A stretch of DNA of 64,000 nucleotides from Eledone cirrhosa (Eukaryota): NCBI GenBank assembly GCA_964016885.1, contig OZ024743.1:275342001-275406000 (forward strand). The letters run 5' to 3'. Positions 36,414 through 51,190 of the stretch are shown here, piece after piece. The notes under the pieces are model-generated. The model worked only from the letters and a program-made list of their open reading frames with translations. It made no database searches and was not told the DNA's origin. Each line of letters opens with the position of its first letter. Position 1 is the stretch's first letter. A program made the position numbers and the translations under genes.

Positions 36414-37832
36414 TTCTCAGCCCACTACTATTTATTATTGCCCTTCAGGCTATAACAGAGGAGTTCAAGACTGGCTGCCCATAGGAACTCCTATACGCAG
36501 ACGACCTGACACTCATAGCTGAATCAATGGCCGAGCTAGAGAAGAAATTCCAAACATGGAAGCACGGCCTAGAATCAAAAGGCCTTAAAATTAACCTGGC
36601 TAAGACTAAAGTTCTAGTTTGTAGGAAAGAAAATAAGGCGGCGGTCCCTTCCGGGAAATGGCCATGCTCAGTGTGTAGGAAAGGCGTAGGTAGAAACTCC
36701 ATTTTATGTCCCAAATGCAAAGTATGGGTGCATAAAAGATGTAGTGGGAGCACAGGTAAGCTAACTAAGAACATAGATTTTACATGTGGGCGGTGCTCTG
36801 GTGCAATAAGTAGCAGCGAGTGCCCACAAAATACTAACTCTTTCAATTGCGCAGAGGGCTCTATAGAAATAGTGAACAGCTTCCGTTACCTGGGTGACAA
36901 AATCAGCAGTGGGGGAGGGTGCTCCGAAAGTACAGTAGCTAGAGTCAGAACTGGATGGAAAAAGTTCAGAGAGCTTATACCACTATTAGCCGCTAAAGGG
37001 TTCTCCCTAAAAATGAAAGGCAGGTTGTATGATGCCTGCATACGAACAGCAATGTTGCATGGCAGTGAGACCTGGGCATTGTGCGCAGAGGATATACGCA
37101 GACTAGAGAGGAACGAAGCTTGCATGCTCCGCTGGATGTGTAATAGTAATATACGTGAACGGCAAAGCATAAACGAACTAAGGAAAAAAATTAGAAATAA
37201 GAGGGATCAGATGTTGTTTACTCGAGAGAAGGCTACGTTGGTATGGACACGTGATGCGCATGAAAGTCGATAGCTGTATAACAAAGTGCAGGGCAATAAA
37301 GATAGACGGTAGCCACGGAATAGGCAGACCTAGAAAATCCTGGTACGAGCTGATAAACTCCGACCTCACACACTTACACCTCTCCAAGACAATGTCACTG
37401 GACCGAGACCTTTGGTGGTACTCAGTAATAGAGAAGACCCGCCTTACCTAAATACATAGTAAAACCTACTACAGCCAGTAGGCATCTCTAACAAAATACA
37501 CCCCCGTCCCACCACCCACACCCCCATTCACACCACCCCCTCCTATGTAAAGTTATGTTGGTGCCACAACATCCAGGCCGAAACAAATGAGATCGTGTAG
37601 GTGTCACGACAAAAAAACACACAGTCCACGCTGTAATGTGGCCGTGTAGGCAACACGGTAGAAACCTCCCAGTCCCACACTGTAAATGTGGTTGGTGTTA
37701 GGAAGGGCATCCAACTGTAGAAAACCTGCCAGGCAGTCCTATGCGAGCAAGACAATCACTCTTGCCTCAAGTGGGAATACCCCCGTCCAAACCCATGCAA
37801 GCGTGGAACACGGACGTTAAACGTTGATGATG

Positions 37833-37834
<2 letters not shown>
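36414..37834 (+). mobile_element. 5'-truncated RTE subfamily A
   Basis: ORFs 36527-37273 and 37251-37451 are near-identical to the C-terminus of the intact copy; same 3' UTR and (TGA)n tail. Confidence 0.92.
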
Positions 37835-37864
<30 letters not shown>

Positions 37865-38021
37865 CAGCTTTGCACAGGCTTGTCAATAATAGGAAAATGT
37901 TTATAACTTAGAGGTAATGTAAATAATATTCCCAAGATTCTCTCTTAAAATTATAAACTCAGACAACAGTTAGTACAAACATTTTCACTCAGAAGAGAAG
38001 TCCAACTTGCAAAATTTTTAA

Positions 38022-38273
38022 CTCTTTTGATACCAACCTGGTGGTCAAATTTGGCTCTGGTTTTTTGAAATAGAAGCTTCCTTTTTGATACCAACCCACC
38101 ATTTGAAAAGGTTTCTATTTGAATTAACACTCATTCAGCATAATTTGACATACAAACGTTTTTATTATGTTACAAATACTATCTTTGTAATGAAATAATA
38201 GTGTTAGTAAATCCCTCAAAATTTTTGATTGAATGAAATACAATGTATTTCATTAGAAATGGTCACAAAAGGG
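38022..38273. mobile_element. TTAA-flanked MITE (piggyBac-like)
   Basis: TTAA|CTCTTTTGATACC ... GGTCACAAAAGGG|TTAA; related partial copies at about 38280-38415, 44780-44950 and 58045-58147. Confidence 0.6.
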
Positions 38274-39199
38274 TTAAAACATTCTAATTTAAATTAAAAC
38301 CTAACAATTTTATATAAATATTATCTTAATGAAATAATAATTTTAGTAAATTCCTCCAAATTATTCATTAATTAATTGAAATATAGTATCATTAAAAATA
38401 TGGTAACAAGGTTAAATGTTTAGGTTTTGATGGACTTTGAAGCATTATTATTAGTGAAGATTAGAGATAAAGACCCAAGAAAACAAACTAGAATCCAGTC
38501 AGTCGTTCTTTCAATGACATGTAGCTGGTTTGTCCTAATCAGAGATATACTGAAAGGTGTTCTAGTTATAGTCATCCAAGCCTTTTTTTTTTCCAGACAG
38601 TTTACCTAGGACTAAATTACCCAAGAGGCATAATAAGTGTTTTGAGAGAGATTTGGCTGCCGTTTCTTACAGGTCAAACGATTGCATGGGTATTTTTCGA
38701 AAAAATTAATTTGTTGCAAGGCATTCTATCTGAGTCTCCCTTTTGGAGATTTAAAAGATGGCCATCAACACTCCTTCCTTCTCTAACTGACCAAAAGTAA
38801 AAACAATTTTTTTTTTAAAATAACATTGAGTGCCTATTGATGTTTCACTTTGAAAACAAGTAAAATATTAATACGATAAATTAATTTTATCAGATTTTAA
38901 ATATGTTTTAGGTATTTAGTTTTGTCCTCTTGTTTTGAGTTGCAAGTCCTACTGGATGGAGACTGTTGACTTGGTCTTTGCATCATCATCATCATTTAGC
39001 ATCTGTTTTCATTGAGGATGATAATATTATTGGTACTATTTTATTGATTCAGAATTAATGAAAATATCAGTCAATGTGCCCACCCACCCTTGCAATCAGA
39101 TTTATTAGTCAAAGATGTTAGTAAAAATGATGCTGAGGTTTTTTTCTTTTTTCCATTTTGCAAATGGTTTCTTGATAAAATTCAACACTATTATTTGAA

Positions 39200-39304
39200 A
39201 ATCCCGCCGAGGTTAACTTTGCTTTCATCCTTACGGGGTCGATAAAATAAAGTACCAGTAATGTACTGGGTAATTGCTGGCCTTGTGCCTAAAGTAGAAA
39301 ATTA
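39200..39304 (+). mobile_element. OK-like SINE 3' part
   Basis: AATCCCGCCGAGGTTAACTTTGCTTTCATCCTTACGGGGTCGATAAAATAAAGTACCAG..GCCTAAAGTAGAAA. Confidence 0.8.
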
Positions 39305-41349
39305 TTTGGGTAGTAAAACTGTCAGCATAATCATTTGAGTATTGGATAAAATGTATTGTGATATTTGTTCTGATTTTCTGTGCTCTTGTGTTCAAATTTC
39401 GCCAAAGTCAACTTAACTTTGCCTTTCATCCTTTTTGGGGTCAGTAATTAAAATAACAGCCTAGTGATGTGAGGTTGTCTCTCCCTCTAGCTGTCACATT
39501 TTGGATGTTCAGCTTGATGGAGAATGATAGGATCAAGTGTTTTTGTGTCAGCTTGTGGTTACATGGCCATCTATCACCATTAGTGAAAGCCTAGTTCATA
39601 GTACTAAGTCATTCTTGATTACGAGTAACAGTGATAGTGTTAATTATTGGTGGTAATAATAGCACAGTTTGTAGAGAGTTAATCATATTTTATAGTTTTT
39701 TATTTATTTTTTTTTTTTGCCCATGTCAACTCTGATCAAGTAGACTTATGATAAAAAATATTCCACCCATGGCCATTTTTATTTTAGAGACCTGCGCTCA
39801 GGATATTATCCAATACGCCCTTTTTTTAAGGTGGTGTAGTAAGATTTTAGGGAGATTTGGTTGCTGTTTCTAAAAGGTTGAGTGACTATAGAGACATCCT
39901 TGTTGGCTAGTGATGATTTATAGTATTTAAATTGTGTACTTTATTGTTCTGAGTTCTGTTTAGCTCCAGATCATACCTATGATGAAAAGATATTTCAATT
40001 ATGAACATTGTCTTTTTGTATATCTGATTACATTGTCCAATGTGTCCTGTTTTAAGATAGCAACTAATGTTACTTTAGAAAGATTTGGCTGTTATTTCTA
40101 GAAGGTCAAGTAACCACATAAGCTCTTATAGAATCAGGTTATTAAAATAAAACTCTTCTTTCCTTGATCACTCAATTCCTGGTGGAGTTGTAAAGTGCTG
40201 TCATGGGCATTTAGACTTAGCAAAACCCATCTCTCTCCAGGCCTGACCACAGCCTATTTCTTTCGGAGAGAGTGTGAAATAAAGAGAGACAAAGAAATGG
40301 CCCCAGTACTGGACTGGTATTTATCAACCTTGAAAGGATGAAAAGCACTGTTGACCATGGCACTATCTGAACGCAGAACAGAGAGAGCTGGAATGAATAC
40401 TGCAAAACATTCCTTCCATTCTATGTACTAACAACTCTGCTTATTGCTTTAAGTAATATATTATAGTAACTAATTGATCAGAGCTTCACTCCTATGCATA
40501 TAATTGTGCTGAGCTGAAAGTAATTTTTATAAAATATTTCATTCAGAGAAATGATGAAAGCCCAAACCATTTAAATAGAAGTCTCCACCCCCTTTCTGAT
40601 ATCAATGTTGAATACTTAAGATTTCCATATAAGTGCAACATGTTCATTAATGATATACTATATCAAGAATTTTATCTCATTAAAATATATTTAATCTAAT
40701 ATTATCAATTGTTAGTTGATTTTATCATTAGTATGTCATGCCATTTGTAGCATTTTTTTCTTTTTTTAACTCGCTTATTACTCTATTACGTGTTCCAGCC
40801 AACAGGTTGAGGCTATGCTAATATTGCTGATAAACTGGCTTATAACTTTAATTGTTCAGCATTCAAACCAGCCAAATCTTGCTACCTTAAAGACTATGAC
40901 TTGTTTAAACTAACATTATCCAGCTATATTGATATGTAACTTTGTGAACAAGGGATCTTATTTTCTCATGGTAATAGAAAATTACTTTTTTTTTATGGCT
41001 GCTTTTCTATGCTGGTATGAGTTAGACAAGACATTTTGAGGCATTCTTTTTAGAATTGGATGCCTTTTCTGATGCCAGCCCATAACTATGATATATATAT
41101 CACTCATCTTCATTGAAATGCTGTGTATCAGACATAAGCAAATATCAGCAGTTGCTTTAAACATTGTTCATAAATTGACACCTATATGACAGCCTCCTTT
41201 TACAGTTTCCATCCATCAAATGCATTCACAAGGCATTGGACAGCCCAAATTTATAGAAGTCACTTGCTTGAGATACCATGCAACAAGGCATTTTATTATT
41301 ATAAATGATAAGTGGGCTCTAGTGGCCAATAAAGAAATCATTATTATAT

Positions 41350-44300
41350 ATGGTAAGGGGTGGACGGAGGCTCCGTAAGCCATAGTATAGGCAACCCTTC
41401 TAGCAGAGCTACCACTCAGAATAAATCGGTGCGGGGTAGAGAAGTCCCCTAAGTCCAGTAGGACAACTTCCCTAGTGCTGGTGGCAAGAATAAAAGCACT
41501 CAGTCCATGCTGTAAAATGGAGGGGTGAAGAGGGCCTTGAGTCCAGTAAGACAACCTCTCTAGTGCTGGTGGCACAAATAAAAGCACCCAGTCCATGCTG
41601 TAAAGTGGTGCTGGTGTTAGGAAGGGCATCCAACCAGTATATATACTTCTGCCAAACACTATGAACACAACGATTGAAATTTGCAACAACTGCGTAAACA
41701 GCAATAACACTAACCATGTTAGGGCTGCGCACGGTAGTGGGGTGGCTGGTGAGGCCATGTGCGAGAACCCCCCAACCGTCATCAAGCAATCGCACAAAAA
41801 CAACTGCCTAAACAGCAATAACACTAACCATGTTAGGGCAGCGCACGGTAGTGGGGTGGCTAGTGAGGCCATGTGTAAGAACCCCACGACTGTCATCAAG
41901 CAATCGCACAACAGGAAAAAGAATGAGACGTTGCATCTCAGAGTTGCCACACTTAATGTTGGCACTCTAACAGGTAGATCTGGTGAGATAGTGGAGATGC
42001 TGGAGAGAAGGCATGTGGCTGTGTGCAAGAGGTGAGATGGAGAGGTGCCTCTTCAAGACTAATCGTAGGCAAATATCGTAGTTATAAGCTTTGTTGGGTG
42101 GGTAATGATGATGGGTTAGGCATATTACTGGCTGAGAGGTGGATCAATAAGACAATAGAGGTAGATAGAGTTAGTGATAGAATAATTAAGCTTAGATTAG
42201 TTGTAGGCAAGAGACTACTGACAATCATCTCTGCCTATGCTCCCCAGGCAGGCCTAGGTAAAGAAGAGAAAGATTGCTTTTACGAGCAACTTTTACAAAC
42301 AGCCTCAATGACAGAGGACAGAGACATCGTTATGCTAGCAGGGGACTTCAATGGACATGTTGGACAGCTTCAGCATGGATACACTGGGGTACATGGTGGG
42401 CACGGTTACGGCTCAAGAAATGAAGGAGTGAGGCTTCTTGAATTTTGAGATGCAAATGCACTAACCATTTGCAACACTAACTTCCAGAAGCCTACCAACC
42501 ACCTAATAACCTACAAATCAGGCGAGCACATAAGCCAGATTGACTTCCTGTTAGTTAGACAGCGAGACAGACAGATCTCAGTAAGCATGAGAAAGAATGT
42601 GACATACAGGAAGGTGTAGAAAAGAAAGGTCTGGAAGCTAAAAGACCTTTCATTAAAATATAAATTTAGCAAAGCCCTTCAAGACGTGTATAACGAAAAA
42701 GAAGACGATTTAGAGTTGTATGACATAGATGATAACTGGAATTTCTTAGGTGACAACTTACTGCAGGCTACTGAAGAAACTTGTGGTTGGAGCAGAGCTT
42801 CAACCAGACAGAGAGTGAGCTGGTGGTGGAACAGCACAGTAGATAGGGCCACTAGAGAAAAAAGACTGGCATGGAAGGCTAAGAAAAATGGTGGGAGTAG
42901 GGAAGGATACACAGCTACTAGGAGAGAAGCTAGACGTCAGGTGTACTTAGCATTCAGGGAGGCTGAGAGTAGGAGGTTTGCCAATGTTCTGCGACCGGAA
43001 GATCAGAGACGTGCAATGTTTCGCATTGCAAGGCAGTGTGTCAGTGCAAATCAGGATGTTGTTGGAGATAAATGTGTCTGGAATGATGCCGGTGTGCTTA
43101 GTGTCACGAATGATCAAAAAAAGGAGACCTGGAAATGTCACTATGAGAGACTGATGAATGTGGAGAATGAATGGGACAGAGAGAAATTACCCCCATTAGA
43201 CCCAACAGAGGGACCAGCTATTGAGATTGACAAGAAGCAATTAAAGATCTGAAGAATGGTAAGACTGCTGGACAGTCGGGGATAGTTGCTGAGATGCTGA
43301 AGGCATCAAGGGATGTAGGCACTAAACTGGTTGCACACATCATCAATCAGGCTATATATGGTGGTGTCATACCCAAAGACTGGTGTAGCAGTATTCTCAT
43401 AAATTGCTACAAAGGTAAAGGGGATGCTCTAGAGAGGAGCAATTATAGGGGCATAAAGCTGATGGATCAAGTTATGAAAGTGGCAGAGAGATTATTAGCG
43501 CAACTGATTAGAGAAAGGGTCAAACTAGATGAGATGCAGTTTGGTTTTGTGCCTCGGAAAAGTACAACAGATGCTCTCTTCTTAGTGAGGCAACTACAAG
43601 AGAGGTTCTTAGAGAAGAATAAGCCACTATACTTAGCTTTTGTTGACCTAGAGAAGGCTTTTGATAGGGTACCCCGATCTGTCATCTGGTGGTCTCTAAG
43701 GAAACTTGGTGTAGAGGAATGGCTTGTGAGGGCAGTGCAAGCTATGTACAGGGGTGCTGTCAGTAAAGTGAGAGTAGGTATGGAGTTTAGTGGGGAATTC
43801 CAGATACAAGTAGGAGTACATCAGGGTTCGGTCCTCAGCCCGCTCTTGTTCATTATAGTCCTCCAAGCCATAACAGAGGAGTTTAAGACTGGATGCCCAT
43901 GGGAACTTCTCTATGCTGATGATCTGGCTCTTATAGCAGAATCAGTAGAAGAGCTAGAGAATAAATTCTGGCTATGGAAACAGCAGTTGGAATTCCATAA
44001 AATGTACGCAATGCAGATCTTGGGTACACAAGAGATGTAGTGGGATAGCAGGCAAACTAACAGGTAGAGAAAACAATGTATGCAGTAGATGTACAGGGAA
44101 AGTTGGCAGTTTTAATCGCAGTGATACACATTTTTCCAATGCAGGTGGGTTCTATAGAAGTGGTTGATAGTTTCCGGTACCTAGGTGATCAGATTAGCAT
44201 GGGAGGGGAGGGGGGAGGTTCCGAGGCCATAGTATCTAGAATGACAGGTTGGAAGAAGTTTAGGGTGCTGCTTCCTTTGTTGACAAAGAAGGGTTTCTCC

Positions 44301-44778
44301 CTGCGTACGAAAGGACGGTTATATGATGCCTGTGTGAGATGCGCGATGCTGCATCGTAGTGAGACATGGGCGGCAACTGCAGAGGATATGCGATGGCTAG
44401 AGAGAAATGAAGCAAGTATGCTCCGTTGGATGTGCAATGTTAATGTGCGTGAACGACCAAGCATAGACGAATTGAGAAAGAAACTGGGTATAAGAGGGAT
44501 AAGTTGTAGTGTGCGGGAGAGAAGGCTGAGATGGTATGGACATGTGATGCTCATGGACGATGACCGCTGGGTAAAGAAGTGCCAAGAAATCCCAGTAGAA
44601 GGAAGACGCAGTAGAGGTAGACCACGTAAAACATGGGCGGAGGTGGTGAGAGCAGACCTCAGATCGCTGAAACTCACGGAGGAGATGACGAAGGACCATG
44701 ACAAGTAGAGAGATGCTGTGTTGAATAGGACCCGTCCAACCCTTGCAAACAGGGAAAAATGGACGTAAAATGATGATG
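41350..44778 (+). mobile_element. Degenerate near-full-length RTE LINE subfamily C
   Basis: 5' UTR with the Ceph module (41470-41640); N-terminal 114-bp in-frame duplication; APE ([18 protein letters not shown]) and RT (YADD) with stops and deletions; tail GGACGTAAAA(TGA)n directly after the ORF. Confidence 0.9.
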
Positions 44779-47152
44779 GTAACCACCCATTTTAAAGAGT
44801 TCATATTTAAATAAGAATTTTCTAACATAATTTTATGTAATAACTGTATGTTACATTACTTAATAATGAAATAATTATCTTAGTAAATTCCTCAAAATTC
44901 TTAATTAATTGAAATAGTGTATTGCATTAGCAATATGGTCATGAAAGTGTGAAGGCAGATTATAGTTAAATCTCTGTATAGGACACTGGTCTATTGCATG
45001 TTTCTTCTTCCATTTAAAGTATTGAATTGATCACTGCAAACCAAGAAATCACTTTTTAATTTCACAACTCTATTATTGCTTGCAAGTAGTACCTACTTAG
45101 AGCAAGGTGGGTTTTGCTGATAGCTAAGTGTTTTCGGCTATAGCATACAGCCTTGGACACTGTCAGCGATGTTGATATAATATGAATAACTAATTTGTTG
45201 GCTGGGCCCTGTGTTATAAGGTATATGAAGGTTGGCAGTAAATTGACAGCTGTTAGTGTTGGATTAAATGCTTTTCTGTAGTTGTTTTGGCATTTCACTC
45301 TCAATTCAACCTTTCATCTTTTAATAATAAATGAATTAAGCCCAGGCATTGGATTGGCAAAATTGCTAGAGCATTGGATGAGATGTTTTACAATATCTGT
45401 TCCAATTCTGTCCGTTCTGAGTTCAAATCCTGCCTTCTGTCACCAGAAAAATGTCATGATAGGCCTAGAGTCACCATCTTTATAACGCCCAAGAAATTTC
45501 TGTGATACAATCCCATCGAAAACTGACTCAATCTATGCAAGTCAGCCACAACAACATATGGATGTAGTATTTTATGTTGTACAAATGTGAAGCTTCACAG
45601 CTATGAAATATACTACACGTGTATAACTAGTTCATAGCATCATCAAGGATTAATTGGTGCATGTCAAATTTAATTTAATATTGATTCTATTCTATTGTCA
45701 GAATAGTTTTAGTACAGCAATTCCTCTTGCTGTAAGATTGAAAACTGCATTAGGAATAATGTTTCTTTAAATAACATTGACCATGCAAGTTCAAACATTC
45801 TTTATTGGTGCAATCTGAATTGACATTTGTCAATTCAGATTTCATTTTTTTTTTTTTTTTAATTAAAAATTTTCTTATCCAGAAGAGAGGAAATGTGGTG
45901 CAGTGAGTGAGATGGATGCAATGTTTGTTTGACAGGAAAAGACAATAATTTCCACAGTTCACTTTCTTTGTATAAAGAATTACATGTGCATATTGTGACA
46001 GGGAAGAGTGTGTTTGGTGATCAATAAAGGAGTTGGTTGTTACAGATATTTTCTGTATGTGGTGTAAGTTTAGAATAGTAGAAAGAAAAGACGATGTATG
46101 ATTGTGGGCCAGCATATGAAGAGTAGTTGTTAATAGTTTGAAACTATTACATTTGCAGGAACAATTGTAGCTGTCAGTTTTCTACTATTTTACAATTAGT
46201 TAGGCAAGATTTCATTGTCTCCTGAATTTGATTTATTGACATAAAGTTAATGACAGACACTCTCCAGCTTCTGGTTCACAGACTTGCCGTCTTCTGCTGT
46301 CTAGGCTATCAATACTACAATAGTCTCTGTGTCTTAGAGCTGGCTGGTGTCTTGTCACCTCCACTCAGTCCTTCCCCCCTTCATTTTTCATGTTGTGTTT
46401 AACCGTCCAGGCCATGCACAAACCTCTTTGCCAAGTCCTTTCTGCTCAGAATGACAGTGACTATCTAGAACAACCTCTCTGTTCATATCGTAAGTGGAAG
46501 ATCAATGACATCAATATTTCTGGTTTTGAAGGGTCTATGAGAGCTATGGGTATATTCCTTTCCTTCAGATGCACAAAAAAAAAAATACAACAAAAAATTA
46601 TTTGTTTTCAACAAAATGTCCAGATAATTTTGACTTAATCTGTTCAGCTTTTCTATTAATAGGTTTGCAAAATCATGGCAATATAATATTTCAAACAAAA
46701 TCATCACAAGCTACAGAAAATATGAAGTCGAGAGGAATTAGTTTTATAATACTGCTACAGAATGATAAACTCTTTTGATCTAATATAAAGAGTTTGTTGC
46801 TTCTGTTTTCTCACAAACTCTTTAGGACTTGAACAGTTTGAAGCTTTAAAATAACCAAAGTTTCAACAATATATGGCAGATTACACATACATTGTATCAG
46901 AGATTTGAGTTCAATTGGTTGGATGTGTAATGCAGAGCTTCTCAAACTTTTTTCCATTTGCAACCCCTTCAAATCATTTTTTTTTTTGAGATTTTTTACT
47001 TATGCTGTAAAAACAATAGGTATTAATCCTGTATAGAAATGGTCTTAGGTAGTAATTTGGCAGGAACCAAACATAGAAACAAAAAGTAAATAGAAAAAAA
47101 TAACAATAAGGATTCTTTGAACAAGATGGGTATGATTGCTTATTTTCATACT

Positions 47153-48397
47153 ATCATCATCATCGTTTAACGTCCATCTTCCACACTAGCATGGGTCTGG
47201 ACGGGAATTGTCCCACTTTAGGCAAGATTGGTTGTCTTGCTCAGGACTGTCTGGCGGGTTTTCTACGGCTGGATGCCCTTCTTACACCAACCACGTTTAC
47301 AGTGTGGACTGGGAGGTTTTTACCGTGTTACCTACATGGCCACATTACAGCGTGGACTGTGTGTTTTTTTGTCATAACACCTACACGACCTCATTTATTT
47401 AGGACTGGATGTTGTGGTACCAACATAGCTTTACATCGAAAGGGGTAGTGGTAGTGGGACGGGGGTGTATTTTGGTTAAGAAGTGCCTACTGACTGTAGG
47501 TTTTGCTTTGTACTTAGGCAAGGAGTCTTCTGTATTACTACGTAGCGCCAAAGATCTTGGTTGGTCCAATGACATTGTCTTGGAGAGGTCTAAGTGTGTG
47601 AAGTCGGATTTTATCAAGTCGTTCCAGGTTTTTCTGGGTCTGCCTACTCCGTAGCTACCGTCTATTTTGATCGCCCTGCACTTTTTTATACAGCTGTCAT
47701 CTTTCATGCGCATCACGTGACCATACCAACGTAGTCTTCTTTCGAGTAAACAGCATCTGATCCCTCTTATTCCTAATTTCTCACTTAGTTCATTTATGCT
47801 TTGCCGTTCGCGTATATTACTATTACACATCCAACGGAGCATGCAAGCTTCGTTCTTCTCCAGTCTGCATAGATCCTCTGCACACAAGGCTCATGTCTCA
47901 CTGCCATGTAACATCGCTGTTCATATGCAGGCATCATACAGCCTGCCTTTTATTTTTAGAGAGAAACCTTTAGCGGCCAATAGTGGTATAAGCTCTCTGA
48001 AGTTTTTCCATTCCGTTCAGACTCTAGCTACAGTACTTTCGGAGCACCCTCCACCACTGCTGATTTTGTCACCCAGGTAACGGAAGGTGTCCACTATTTC
48101 TATAGAACCATCTGGGCAATGGAATGAGCTAGTATTCTGTGGGCATTTGCTGCTACTTATTGCACCAGAGCACTGGCCACATATAAAATGTATATTCTTA
48201 GTTAGCTTACCTGTGATCCTACTACATCTTTTATGCACCCATACTTTGCATTTGGGACATAAAATGGAGTTTCTGCCTACTCCTTTCCTACACACTGAGC
48301 ATGGCCATTTCCCAGATGGGACCAGTGCCCTATCCTCCTTCCTACATATTAGGACTTTAGTCTTAGACAAGTTAACTTTAAGGCCTTTTGATTCTAG
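47153..48397 (-). mobile_element. 5'-truncated RTE subfamily A-like copy
   Basis: ORFs 48017-48445(-) and 47399-47887(-) match the RTE C-terminus; (TCA)n at 47153 is the tail. Confidence 0.9.
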
Positions 48398-49045
48398 TCC
48401 ATATAAAAGAAAAATATTTATTGGTTGGTTGGTTGAATCACACAAAAACTACATACACACACACAAATACATACGCACACCTAAAGAGAGAGACGCACAG
48501 AGGGAGAGGCAGAAAGAGAGAGATAGGCCGTTATATAGAGAGAGATGCAATTAAAGTGTTAGATATTCAGAGAGAGAGAGAGTGACGTCCCACAGAAGTA
48601 TCAGTTGAAGGTTTAACAATATTGCGTTAGCTTTTATAAATTCGTTTTACAGTCTTTGATTTTACAGTACAAAGAAAAATTGATATTTGAAATTAATCTA
48701 CCCTCCAGCTTTTATTCACATACTATTTACAGTCCTTACTAACGAAGCTACACTTCAGAAGCAGTGTTATGCAGTATATTGCTGTTTCAGATGACGCTCT
48801 TTGGAGCTGAAAAAGATCATACTGACTATGGTTATTTCACATTTAAAATCCAAGGCCAATGCTACCATTTAATCGGCAGTTTACACCCCCAGCCTAATAA
48901 AGAAGTTTTATGATTGTTTACTTTTTATGTCTCCCTCACACTACGGTCTCGCCTCATACCAGACAACACATCCAATACAGTTATTTTCTCTTTTATTCGT
49001 CTTCTCTAAACTGTTCTCCTGGGTGAAGCCGGGTACCTCAACTAG
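48398..49045 (+). mobile_element. Non-autonomous Helitron
   Basis: 5' TCCATATAAAAG then (TTGG)n; 3' CCTGGGTGAAGCCGGGTACCTCAACTAG|T. Confidence 0.6.
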
Positions 49046-49054
49046 TTATTTAAT

Positions 49055-49285
49055 ATCATCATCATCATCGTTTAACGTCCATCTTCCACACTAGCATGGA
49101 TTAGACAGGAGTTGTGCCACTTGAGGCAAGGTTGGTCGGGTGACCGTGTCTCGCTCATATAGGACTATCTGGCAGGCTTTCTACGGCTGGATACCCTTCC
49201 TAACACCAACCACATTTACAGTGTGGAACTGGGAACTTTTTACTATGTTACCTACACGGTCACATTACAGCGTGGACTGTGAGTA
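49055..49285 (-). mobile_element. RTE-A 3' UTR-only fragment
   Basis: (TCA)nTCGTTTAACGTCC..GGATACCCTTCCTAACACCAACC..CATTACAGCGTGGACTGTG. Confidence 0.8.
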
Positions 49286-50709
49286 TTTTTTTTTTTTTTT
49301 CATGACTCGCAGTTTTAGAAGCCCAGGTGTAATGCAACCAGGTAGCTAAGCATAATTGGGAATAGAGAGTAGTTTGCAAACATCACCATTAGCTGATGTG
49401 TTCATTTTCAGTTATATAGAGATGTCTTAATGTAAATTATTGTTACATGTTGAAGGAGAACGATTTTTGAGATGATTATTCCATGAGTTGGTGGTAGGTT
49501 GCAGTAGTAGTTAAATGAGATACGAGAGAATTACATCTTAATATAGAGATGGCATATGGTACAGATGCATGGAAAGGTCATGGGGAAGATGTCATAATAT
49601 ACTGGCATAGCAGAGAAAAACAACCTATTTAAATGTCAATATTGACTTTTAAAAGGGTGGCAAGTTGTTAGAATAAGTAGAACATCAGTCAAAATGCCTT
49701 GCAGTATTTAGATACATCTCTTTATGTTCTGAGTTCAAATCCTGCTGAGGTCAAATTTTGTCATTCATTTTTTCAGGGTCCGTGAGATCAGTGCCAGTCA
49801 AGAGTTCTTGTATAAGATGATTCATTTCATGTTGCTTTCCATGATACAACTAAAGTTTCTATCATTAAAACACCCAATAAACTTCTCGTGGTGCAACCTC
49901 ATAGGAAGCTAGCTAAACCTGAAGTGTGTGATCTGTAATTTTTTATCAGTTGAGTATTGGAGTCTATCTTCATTAAACCATCTCCCAAATGTTGTGGCCT
50001 CATGCCAATCTTAGAAATCAATATAGATTTTCAAAGGTGGTATTGAAGAGACTATAACAATTCCTTCTGGTTAGTATGTTATATTTCATTAAGATTGTGC
50101 AATTTTACTGTTCACATATGTCATTGTTAAACAGGAAAAATAGATTTTTTTTTTTTCTCTAATCAGAATCCATTATCATGTGTGGAAAATACATTATTGT
50201 GCTAAGACAGATAATTTGTTGTGTCAGTACATATAAACAGTTAATTTCTTTTTAAATTACATGTCTTAGCTTCGTCCAGAAGTTGCAACCGGCAGATATA
50301 ATAGTTTCAGCAATGGAAAGACTAATGGATACATAATTTTCTTGGTTCGATTTGATGATTGGCTCTCATTTTTCCTATTTTTTCTAGTTAAACTAACTTA
50401 GCTGTGAAAAATTGCTCAATTTGAGATTTAATCATCATTCATTGTGCGTTTTCTCCATTTTTTTTAAAATATAAATTTTAGTGGATTTTGTGACACAGTT
50501 TGCATTTGTTAATTCTCATTTTTAGTCGATGCATTATTGTTGTAATTACAAATTACAAAGCACCTATTTACGTAACGCCTTCTTGGTCATTTGGTATAAT
50601 ATTATTATGCTAAGGTTTGTAGTTCTTTTAGATGTCAGTATTCTCCTCTCAAAAACATGGGACTCTAGACAACAATGGACTCCAGCATACATATGCATCA
50701 TTATATTTA

Positions 50710-51190
50710 CTAGCAGAAAAACCACCCTTCGGGTTGTTTTCTGCTAACATGTGTAGTGTGTATATTGATATTATACGCAAGTATATATGCATGTAGATAT
50801 GATACATCAAATAAAATCGTAATTGACAATATACACAGAAATTGAACAAAGACTGTTACACTGTCTTATGTAATCAGTAACGTAATCCATGATACATTAA
50901 AAAAAGACGATATTATATATAAACTGCATTAGGAGAAAATTAGTGACAGAAATATATGGATATATATTTAAACGATCATTAACCGGAAGTGTTGACATTT
51001 GAAAATTTTAATGAAGTGAATCTTTAAATAAGTAATAAAATATATTTAATGAACAGCCACGAAATTTAGTAGATAAATTATGTAATATTCATTCATTATT
51101 TATTCAAAGTAATCCAACTTATTTTACTAAAGGGATAAAAAATTATAAACTGTATGCAGTCCCGCGCTTCTTACTTTATTATAGTTTAGA
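50710..51190 (-). mobile_element. Non-autonomous Helitron (481 bp)
   Basis: A|TCTAAACTATAATAAAG at the 5' end (51190); 3' hairpin AGCAGAAAACAACCCGAAGGGTGGTTTTTCTG followed by CTAG|T; inserted at an A^T site. Confidence 0.75.

Noticed and set aside
50982-50991. ETS motif ACCGGAAGTG as an AMFR promoter
   Set aside because: Lies inside a Helitron; no other supporting evidence.
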